Positions 56,599 through 64,000 of a stretch of DNA of 64,000 bases are shown here, piece after piece; positions within the stretch are counted from its first letter, which is position 1, and every line of letters begins with the position of its first letter. The stretch comes from Candidatus Parcubacteria bacterium (lineage in GTDB: Bacteria; Patescibacteriota; Minisyncoccia; JACPXH01), in contig JACPXH010000013.1 in assembly GCA_016196625.1 (NCBI GenBank), positions 4,516-68,515 of the forward strand, written 5' to 3'. The notes under the pieces are model-generated. The model ran no database searches. It was not told the DNA's origin and saw only the letters and a list, made by a program, of their open reading frames with translations. Made by a program: the position numbers and the translations under genes.

Positions 56599-57524
56599 GA
56601 GAGGACGAGGGCTAGCGTATCGGCCGCCAATTTCGTGTTGAGGGCGCTATCCCGAAGGCGCTCGCGTAACGTATCAACGGCGCCCATCTGGCTCGCTAGG
56701 CGGAGCGAGAGGTTGGCGGGGGCGCCCTCGATGCTTTCCAACAGGGTAGTCCGGAGCGCGATCACAAGCGTATCCATGAACGCGCGAATTTCTTCGGGGC
56801 GGCCTTCGAAGATAGCGGCAAGCCGGCGGTGGCGTTTAACAAAGGTTGGGGCGTTGAGCGTCTCAAATGCGGCGCGAAGCGGATCTAAATTCCGGCTGCG
56901 CCACCACTTGAGCGCCAGCCCGACCCGGCCCGCAGCAAGACCCGAGAGTTCCCGGGCCTCGCGGACGCCCGCACCCTCTTGGACGAGCGCCGCTTCAATC
57001 AGTTTTGACGGCACCGGGTTTACCGGAATAGTAGTGAGCCGGGATTGCACGGTCTCTGGAAGCTTTGCGGGTTCATGGCAGACCATTAGAATTAGCGCCC
57101 CGCGGGGAGGCTCTTCCAGTGTTTTAAGCAACATGTTGGCTGCCTCGTTCGTCAGGCGTTCGCCATCGTCCACGATTACCACCCGCTGGCTACCGGAGAG
57201 TGAACTTAAAGCCAGGAAGCGGCGGACGCTGCGCGCTAAGGCAATCCCGATTTCCGGAAGTTTTTTTGTACTCGTATCCGCGTGCGCATCTAAGCCGGCT
57301 GAAATTTCAAGCAGGTCATCGGTCGCCCCAAGACAGCTCGGGCACTGTTTACAGGAATCTCTGCCAAGATCACCTTTTTGGCAGAGCACCCTGCGGGCAA
57401 GCTCGCGCGCCACAGTGGCTTTGCCGATATGCTGCGGGCCAACAAAAAGGTAGCCGTGTCCCAGACGATTGTGCCGGTGGCTATGGCTGAACCACTTGAA
57501 TACTGTTTCGTGCCCGACAATCAT
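56595..57524 (-). CDS. holB: DNA polymerase III delta-prime subunit
   Basis: H.YLF.GP..IGK, CKQCPSC, ANMLLKTLEEPP, TVQSR. Confidence 0.9.
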   Translation of the reverse strand: MIVGHETVFKWFSHSHRHNRLGHGYLFVGPQHIGKATVARELARRVLCQKGDLGRDSCKQCPSCLGATDDLLEISAGLDAHADTSTKKLPEIGIALARSVRRFLALSSLSGSQRVVIVDDGERLTNEAANMLLKTLEEPPRGALILMVCHEPAKLPETVQSRLTTIPVNPVPSKLIEAALVQEGAGVREARELSGLAAGRVGLALKWWRSRNLDPLRAAFETLNAPTFVKRHRRLAAIFEGRPEEIRAFMDTLVIALRTTLLESIEGAPANLSLRLASQMGAVDTLRERLRDSALNTKLAADTLALVLS

Positions 57525-57719
57525 TCTCCTAATATAGTGAGTTTATCTGTAAGAAAGGCGAGCGTTGTTTATGTATCAAGCAGGGCGGGCTCGGAGCGGC
57601 ATCTGAGGCCAAGCGGGGTGCGGAGCGAACTGCTTCGCTCCGCACGGGCGTTGCCGGTTGAGCGTGTCCCGAGTTGCAGCGAGGGACGCGAGACCGAGAA
57701 CGCAACGCCCCGGGCATTC

Positions 57720-58733
57720 CTAAGGGCGAGCGAGGCGGGATCGGTTGTGCTCAAGTCGGCGCAAACCGGCCAGCAGCACCTCCGGACTTGGATCGTCGAA
57801 GAATTCGCCCGTTACGCCCTCGCGGACGGTTTCGGTTGCGCCACCGGCACGCAACGCCAGCACGGGAGAGCCTGTCAGCATCGCTTCCACCGCGGCCATA
57901 CCAAAATCCTCGGCCGCAGGCAGGACAAAGGTGCGAGCGTGTTGGAGCAGATACGCCACAACGTGATCCGGCTGCCAGCCGAGAAAGCGGATGGTCGGGC
58001 CGGCCAGTTTTTTTAGATGAGCGAGTGCCGGCCCCTCGCCTACAACCGTAAGGCGTCTACGAATCCTGGTGTAGGCCGAGACTGCGATGTCAATCCGCTT
58101 GAAATGCCTGAGTGGGGAGACGATGAGGTCGTAATGAGACGGAATGACGAATGACGATGGCCGAGGATCGTGTGCCGCTCCGAGCTGGCGGACGGGTGGG
58201 TAGATGATCGGCGCGTGGCGGCGGTAGTACTTGGCGATGCGCGCTTGTGTGGTCTTGGAGTTCGCAATGAGCAGCTCCGGACGTTGAGCAGCCTGGAAGT
58301 CCCAAAGACGGAGGTAATGAAAGATGACCCGTGCTGCCTTGGCGCGAACGCCGGTAACGCCCCGCTCAAGCAAATACTCATGGGTCCAATCCCATAAATA
58401 CCGCACCGGAGAATGGACGTAGCTTACGTGCCGGACTCCGGGTTTGGTGATGAGTCCTTTCATGAAGCCGGCCGAAGAGACAACCAGTTCTGCTTCCGGA
58501 AGCACGATGCTTTCTACGGCCGTGGGGATGAGCGGCGCTTGGAGTATGGCGGGTACGTTCTGCAGCCAAGAGGTATAAACCCGCGCCCGCGGGAAGTGCT
58601 CAACTAAGATGCGTGGGTCTGCGGCCAGCGTGTAAATTGGCGCTTCTGGCAAGCGCTCGTGGAGGACTTGGAGCACCCGCTCGGCACCGCCAAAGCGGTT
58701 GAGAAAGTCGTGAGCGAGGACGATGCGAAGCAC
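57720..58733 (-). CDS. GT4 glycosyltransferase
   Basis: HDFL..FGGAERVL, HSP.RYLWD, EDFGMAAVEAM; C-terminus appears short. Confidence 0.88.
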   Translation of the reverse strand: MLRIVLAHDFLNRFGGAERVLQVLHERLPEAPIYTLAADPRILVEHFPRARVYTSWLQNVPAILQAPLIPTAVESIVLPEAELVVSSAGFMKGLITKPGVRHVSYVHSPVRYLWDWTHEYLLERGVTGVRAKAARVIFHYLRLWDFQAAQRPELLIANSKTTQARIAKYYRRHAPIIYPPVRQLGAAHDPRPSSFVIPSHYDLIVSPLRHFKRIDIAVSAYTRIRRRLTVVGEGPALAHLKKLAGPTIRFLGWQPDHVVAYLLQHARTFVLPAAEDFGMAAVEAMLTGSPVLALRAGGATETVREGVTGEFFDDPSPEVLLAGLRRLEHNRSRLARP

Positions 58734-58745
58734 GGAGGCGAGTAG

Positions 58746-59840
58746 TTAGTAGTTAGTAGTTAGGGGCTGGTGCGCCGTAATGGCGGCGAGGGTTTCTGTG
58801 GCGGTCTTCTCCCACGAGAAGCGTTGGGCGCTGCGCCGGCTTCCTTCAACCAATATGGCGCGGAGCTGCGGGTTACGCGTGACTTCAACCAGCGCACCGG
58901 CGAGGTCCGCATCGTCCCCCGCACGCGCCCATCGAATGCCGCTGTCCGCGATCTCTCGAAACACGGGGATGTCTGCCGCGATGACGGGTGTTCCGACTGC
59001 CTGCGCCTCAATCAAGGGAATCCCAAAACCTTCGGCGTGCGACGGAAAGACCAATGCCCGGGCCCCTCTGAGCAGCGCCCACTTTGTGTCTTCAGGCACG
59101 TAGCCGGTGAAAACGATTGAGTCGGTTGCTGGAAGCTTGCGGGCAAGCGCGATGAGGCGAGCAGTATCATGACCCCAGGGACCCGCAATGACAAGCTGGT
59201 GCCTAGTGCGGTGCTCCACGGCAGCTTGGTTGAACGCCCGGATGAGACCGTCCACGTTTTTCTTAAAACCCACGCGGCCCAGAAACAGGAAAAAAGGCTT
59301 TTGGACTCCTGCGGGGAGTTCGCTTCCGATCGGTGAAGGCACCGAGACACCGTGATGGATCACGATCGCTCGACCAGCCGGAAACCCGTAGTGGCGTTCG
59401 AGCGCTCCCGCAGTCGCTTGGGAAACCGCAAGCACGACGCGGGCCTTTTTGAGCGAGAGCGCAGTTAGACGATCAAGATAGATGCGCTGCCAGAAGGGAT
59501 AGTGCTCTGGGTACTCTTTGAACTCGCAGCCGTGAATCGTAACCGCAACCGGACCGGCATAGGCAAGCGGCGGGAATTGGCTCGGGAAGAACATAATGTC
59601 CGGCCGGTCGCGCCAGAGCGAGAAAGGCAGGCGCCCCTGCGTCCAGAGAAACGGCGCCCGGAGTTGGCGGAACGTAAACGAAGGCGGCAGGTTGAAATCT
59701 AGAGGTGTGTGGCTATAGACGAGAAACGTATGCTCTGGCGGCTGATTGGTCGCCCAAGCCCGCAAGAGCTGATATGTGTACTCGCCCACCCCGGTTCGTT
59801 CTGGATTTACCGCCGCGACGGCGTGGATGCCAATGCGCAT
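58746..59840 (-). CDS. GT4 glycosyltransferase
   Basis: TGVGEY, KKN, FPS.AEGFGIP.IEA, FSWEK. Confidence 0.92.
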   Translation of the reverse strand: MRIGIHAVAAVNPERTGVGEYTYQLLRAWATNQPPEHTFLVYSHTPLDFNLPPSFTFRQLRAPFLWTQGRLPFSLWRDRPDIMFFPSQFPPLAYAGPVAVTIHGCEFKEYPEHYPFWQRIYLDRLTALSLKKARVVLAVSQATAGALERHYGFPAGRAIVIHHGVSVPSPIGSELPAGVQKPFFLFLGRVGFKKNVDGLIRAFNQAAVEHRTRHQLVIAGPWGHDTARLIALARKLPATDSIVFTGYVPEDTKWALLRGARALVFPSHAEGFGIPLIEAQAVGTPVIAADIPVFREIADSGIRWARAGDDADLAGALVEVTRNPQLRAILVEGSRRSAQRFSWEKTATETLAAITAHQPLTTNY

Positions 59841-59932
59841 AAGTTTGAAACTTATCGTACCGGCTGCACACGTCGCTGCCGAGTACGATGCAAAAGTTTG
59901 CGTTCTTGAGGCACGCTGCTTCCGGATAGCGG

Positions 59933-60943
59933 CTATGAGCGCCTCAGCATGATGCTGCGTTTATAGATGTCGAGGTGCTCGAGCGCCACTCCGGTGCCGC
60001 GCGCCACGCACAAAAGCGGATCTTTGGCGATCGTCGCCGGCACGCTGGTCGCTTCGGAAATGAACGTATCAATGTTGCGAAGCAATGCGCCTCCGCCTGA
60101 AAGCACCATGCCTCTATCCATAATGTCGGCCGCAAGTTCCGGCGGAGTTTCTTGAAGCACTTTCTTGACCGTCTGGATGATCTCTCGAAGTTGATCCGTC
60201 ATCGCCGCGGTAACCTCGTTCGTCGAGATTTCAACGATTTTGGGCAGGCCTTGGGCCAAATCCCGGCCCCGGACTTCAAGCCACTCTTGCTCTTTGACCG
60301 GGGTGGCCGAGCCGATCGCCATTTTAATCTCTTCAGCCGTGCGCTCGCCGATAACAAGTCCTTTCTTTTTCTTTACCTCTTCCATGATGGCTTGGTCTAT
60401 CTTGTCTCCGCCCACCCGCGCCGAAGCCGAAGCCACAATGCCGCCGAGCGAAATAACCGCGACTTCAGTGGTGCCTCCGCCGATATCCACGATCATGTGT
60501 CCGGCCGGAGTGTTGACCGGTATGCCGGCGCCGATTGCGGCCACGATAGGTTCTTTCACGATGTAGGTAGCTCGCGCTCCGGCTTGCGTTGCCGCATCAA
60601 CCACTGCGCGCCGCTCGGTTGAAGTAATCCCGGCCGGTACCGCCACCATGACTTCCGGCCTAAACAGCCGCAAACGCCCGCCAGCTTTGTTGATGAGATA
60701 ACGGAGCATTGCTTCGGTTACGCGGTAGTCGGCAATTACGCCGTCTCGGAGGGGCTTCGCTGCGATAATGCCAGCCGGAGTGCGACCCAGCATGTTTTTG
60801 GCCTCGAGCCCCACGGCCAGCACTCGGTTGTCGTCAACCGAGATCGCGACAATTGAGGGTTCATTGATGACCACGCCGCGACCCGGCACGTAGACAAGCG
60901 TGTTGGCTGTTCCGAGGTCAATGCCGAGGCGGCGGGAAAACAT
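59933..60943 (-). CDS. mreB: Second MreB/Mbl paralog
   Basis: LGIDLGTANT, DIGGGTTE, LSGGG. Confidence 0.93.
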   Translation of the reverse strand: MFSRRLGIDLGTANTLVYVPGRGVVINEPSIVAISVDDNRVLAVGLEAKNMLGRTPAGIIAAKPLRDGVIADYRVTEAMLRYLINKAGGRLRLFRPEVMVAVPAGITSTERRAVVDAATQAGARATYIVKEPIVAAIGAGIPVNTPAGHMIVDIGGGTTEVAVISLGGIVASASARVGGDKIDQAIMEEVKKKKGLVIGERTAEEIKMAIGSATPVKEQEWLEVRGRDLAQGLPKIVEISTNEVTAAMTDQLREIIQTVKKVLQETPPELAADIMDRGMVLSGGGALLRNIDTFISEATSVPATIAKDPLLCVARGTGVALEHLDIYKRSIMLRRS

Positions 60944-61002
60944 GGACTGAAATCCAAATTTCAAAGCTCAAATTTCAAATCAAGTTCAAAATGACGCCGC
61001 GC

Positions 61003-61064
61003 GTCATCCTGAGCGCAGCGAAGGATCTCGAGATCCCTCGGTCGCTCCGCTCCCTCGGGATGAC
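61003..61064. repeat. REP-like palindromic element nested in a heptamer tract
   Basis: GTCATCCTGAGCGCAGCGAAGGATCTCGAGATCC...CTCGGGATGAC. Confidence 0.8.
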
Positions 61065-61124
61065 AACCGAGTTGTCACTTTGAGCTTTGGATTTAATTTG
61101 TCATTTGGATTTTGACATTAGACA

Positions 61125-62399
61125 TTACACTTCTAACCGCTGGATATCTGCGCCAACAGCCTGTAAACGTTCTTCCAGTCGCTCGTAGCCCCGATCCAAG
61201 TGCTCAATGTCTTTGATGATTGACTGTCCTTGCGCCACCAAAGCCGCAATCACAAGTACCATGCCCGAACGGATATCAAAACTGGTAATTTCGCGGCCAG
61301 TCAGCGCCGTGGGGCCAACCACCATGGCGCGATGCGGGTCAAGAACCGTGGCGTTCGCGCCCAGACGCTGAAGCTCTTCAATGTAGCGCAGGCGCCCTTC
61401 ATACATCCACTCATGCAGGAGTGTGGCGCCGTCAGCTTGAGTCGCCAGAACCGCAAACGGCGGCAGATGATCCGAGCCGAGTTTCGGATAGAGCCCCACC
61501 TGAAGTTTTACCGCACGGTAGGGGCCCCGGTGGGTTAATATCCGAAGCACGCTCTCCTTTTTCCCGCTTTCTACTCGATACCGAACATCCATCGCTCGCA
61601 GAGCCGCCAACACGCTATCGAGACGTTCATCCAAAATTGGCCCCACCGTTACGGAGCTGCGGGTCGCGGCCGCCAACACCGCGAATGCGCTTACTTCGAG
61701 TTCATCGGGTTCAAGGCGGCAGCGAAAGCCGCGCAAAGAGCGCGCCGGTCTGAGGCGAATAAACGGCGTGCCGACTCCCTCCAGCTTGACCCCCATCTGC
61801 CCGAGAACTCCGCAGAGCGCCTGGACGTGAGGTTCCATGGCCGCCAAACGTATTTCACTGCTGCCATCGGCCAAGGCCGCCGCAAGCAGTGCGTTCTCTG
61901 TGCCAGTTACACTGGTTTCCGTCAACACCACGCGACCGCCGGAGAGCCGCGACTTACTCGAAATCTTCATCTCGCTGCCCTCCGAAACTCGCGCCCCGAG
62001 TGCCTGAAATGCGTCCAGATGCACGTGGACGGGTCGCGGCCCGATCAAATCGCCACCCGGGTACGGCATCCGAACATTTCCACACCGAGCGAGCAGCGCA
62101 CCGGCAATGACAATGCTGCCTCTAAGCCGGCCGACCAATTCGGCCCTCAAACCAGCCGGATCAACCGATTTGGCCTCAACCTCCACGGCATCTTCTGTCA
62201 GCCAGCGCACCTTCGCACCAACCCCCGCCATAATCTCAAGCATGCGGCGCACATCGGAGATGCGCGGCAGATTGGTAATCCGGCAGGCGGATTTCGTGAG
62301 CAGTGTTGCTGCCAGCACCGGGAAGGCGGCGTTTTTGGAACCCTGCACCCGGATTCGCCCGACCAGAGGCTTGGCGCCTTGAATGCGGTAGCTGGGCAT
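61125..62399 (-). CDS. murA: UDP-N-acetylglucosamine 1-carboxyvinyltransferase
   Basis: GSKNA, LRGS, PGGD.IG.RP, SVTGTEN, EPH, DIRSG, LDRGYE. Confidence 0.95.
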   Translation of the reverse strand: MPSYRIQGAKPLVGRIRVQGSKNAAFPVLAATLLTKSACRITNLPRISDVRRMLEIMAGVGAKVRWLTEDAVEVEAKSVDPAGLRAELVGRLRGSIVIAGALLARCGNVRMPYPGGDLIGPRPVHVHLDAFQALGARVSEGSEMKISSKSRLSGGRVVLTETSVTGTENALLAAALADGSSEIRLAAMEPHVQALCGVLGQMGVKLEGVGTPFIRLRPARSLRGFRCRLEPDELEVSAFAVLAAATRSSVTVGPILDERLDSVLAALRAMDVRYRVESGKKESVLRILTHRGPYRAVKLQVGLYPKLGSDHLPPFAVLATQADGATLLHEWMYEGRLRYIEELQRLGANATVLDPHRAMVVGPTALTGREITSFDIRSGMVLVIAALVAQGQSIIKDIEHLDRGYERLEERLQAVGADIQRLEV

Positions 62400-62468
62400 T
62401 GTTGCCTAATCGTACGGTGGGCATGCACCGTTGGCAAGTTCATGAGAACGTGCCTACAATAACCTAGT

Positions 62469-63725
62469 ATGAAGCTTGCCACACGCCGGTTTCTCTTTTG
62501 GCTCTCAATTGGCTTTTTTGTCGTGTTGGCACCCCTAGTTATCGGCTACGCTATCGGCTATCGGTTTGATTTTTCCGAGGGCGGCTTGGTGCGCACCGGC
62601 GCGCTTTTCGTGGAGGCGGAGCCGAAGAGGGTAGAAATCATCATTGATGGCAAACCGACCAAGCGCACGGGGACTATAATCACCAATTCAACTTTCGTGC
62701 GTGATCTTGCTCCCGGGCGCCACCGCGTGCGGCTTGAAAAAGAAAGCTACCAGCCATGGGAGAAAGAACTCGAAATCCGCCCCGCGGTCGTGACCGAAGT
62801 GCGAGGCGCGCGTCTCTGGCCGGCCGGGCGCGCGCCGGAAAATGTCGCGGTCCTCGGCCAGATTGACCCCGGGACGCTAAGACCATCGCCTGACGGTCGC
62901 GCGCTAGTTTGGGCGAGCACTTCCGGTCGAGTGCGAACGTGGCTTAAAAAAGACCTGCCTGATGGCCAAGTCGGTATCCTTGACTTTGCCACTCTCTTCG
63001 GGCTCAACAGCCGGAGCGCGGCAACTTTTGCTAGTGCCGCGACTGTTGATTGGTCTGCGGACTCGCAGTATCTCGTGGTGCGCCGAGGTGCGGACTGGTG
63101 GCGCTTGAGCCTGGATATCCGACGCGTCGAACGGCTGCCCCGACTTAACGGTCCGGGGTTGGTGCTTACCCCAGACACAGCGCTCACGATTGACGAACTC
63201 GGAATCCTGAACGCGTTCAGCCTACCCAACCAGAACATTGAAGCCATTGCGACGGCGGCGATAAATCCGATCCCGACCCCGGCCGATCGGCTCATCGCGC
63301 TCGACCGCGACCACGTGCTACTCCTCGATCACACCGGCACGTTACGCTGGTTCAACCCGAAAAGTCAGCTCTTCGAAGGGCTGGCCACCCGCGTGCGCGA
63401 CTCGGTTTTTTCGCCGGATCGCACAAAAATTCTTTGGCGGACCGCCACAGAGCTGTGGGTGCGCTCGCTTACCCCCGAAGGGCAGAGCGAGCTGGTTACG
63501 CGCTTATCAAGCCCGCTTGCGCAAGCGCTCTGGGCGGATCGGCAAAGCGCCCACATACTTTTTAGCACGGGCGATGCGGTGAAGGCGATCGAGTTGGACG
63601 CTCGCAGCGGCCGCAACAGCGCCGACCTTATATCGGTCAATGCTCCGACTGTCTTTCTGGGTTCAGGGGGGGAAAGTCTTTTGATTATTACTGCAGGGTC
63701 GCTGAAACGACTTTCGCTCCGGTGA
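62469..63725 (+). CDS. PEGA-domain membrane-anchored protein with beta-propeller
   Basis: YA.GYR, TG, L.PG.H.V...K..Y.PWEK; SPDG and FSPD repeats. Confidence 0.85.
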   Translation: MKLATRRFLFWLSIGFFVVLAPLVIGYAIGYRFDFSEGGLVRTGALFVEAEPKRVEIIIDGKPTKRTGTIITNSTFVRDLAPGRHRVRLEKESYQPWEKELEIRPAVVTEVRGARLWPAGRAPENVAVLGQIDPGTLRPSPDGRALVWASTSGRVRTWLKKDLPDGQVGILDFATLFGLNSRSAATFASAATVDWSADSQYLVVRRGADWWRLSLDIRRVERLPRLNGPGLVLTPDTALTIDELGILNAFSLPNQNIEAIATAAINPIPTPADRLIALDRDHVLLLDHTGTLRWFNPKSQLFEGLATRVRDSVFSPDRTKILWRTATELWVRSLTPEGQSELVTRLSSPLAQALWADRQSAHILFSTGDAVKAIELDARSGRNSADLISVNAPTVFLGSGGESLLIITAGSLKRLSLR

Positions 63726-63765
63726 AGCTCCACGGGCAGAGCCCGTGGCCCTCGGCGACGGCGGG
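63723..63765. mobile_element. Minimal IS200/IS605-like hairpin remnant
   Basis: TGAAGCTCCACGGGCAGAGCCCGTGGCCCTCGGCGACGGCGGG. Confidence 0.6.
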
Positions 63766-63825
63766 TAGACGCCAAGAGCGCCCGGTGCCTGAAGCGCCGG
63801 CCGCTCTGTTATCCTTGGCCAAAGC

Positions 63826-64000
63826 TCACGCCGTAACCGGCACCGGAAGAGTGGCCATCTGCCGGCGGACGTTGAGCGAACGCCTGATCAGAAAAGCGAG
63901 CGCGCCAACGTTGAGTAGAAACAGCCCCACTTCCACCATCGGGAAGAACTGCCGGAACGTGAGCCCCACTTCCCAGAACGCCTTGATGCCTATCCCCTCG
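63826..64000 (-). CDS. C-terminal end of a hypothetical membrane protein (truncated by window)
   Basis: Manual translation ...FWEVGLTFRQFFPMVEVGLFLLNVGALAFLIRRSLNVRRQMATLPVPVTA*. Confidence 0.45.
   Translation of the reverse strand, partial: EGIGIKAFWEVGLTFRQFFPMVEVGLFLLNVGALAFLIRRSLNVRRQMATLPVPVTA

Noticed and set aside
59933-60943. Second mreB as an assembly duplication
   Set aside because: The protein is clearly divergent from 48379-49437, consistent with an ordinary paralog.

Overview
This is a 64-kb, fairly GC-rich bacterial chromosome segment. Its gene content points to Patescibacteria/CPR, probably Parcubacteria (inference): a streamlined core set, a VirD4-like ATPase beside a giant low-complexity protein, GT39 and PEGA proteins, a stand-alone PaaX/Cas2-like protein and a TrpR-like protein. 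Core genes include priA, def, fmt, dnaX, serS, lysS, greA, mrdA-mreD-mreC-mreB, proS, rseP, frr, holB, a second mreB, murA and tRNA-Gln(UUG). They are interleaved with ORFan islands, a glycolipid-modification operon and a TA pair. The most striking unexplained structure is a set of long AT-rich palindromes. Family A (core TTCTAATGTATTAATACATTAGAA) brackets a TrpR-like gene inserted between def and fmt. Family B (ATTATA[A/C]TACGATCGTA[T/G]TATAAT) brackets a PaaX/Cas2-like gene. Both families recur as orphan copies at core/accessory junctions. One B copy carries a 96-bp duplicate of the regulator's 3' end, and one A-like copy shows compensatory base changes inside a coding sequence. The window also contains many REP/MITE-like hairpins, several inserted in frame in conserved proteins. 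No CRISPR array, rRNA or intact transposase/integrase was seen. All product calls come from motif recognition by eye, not database searches.
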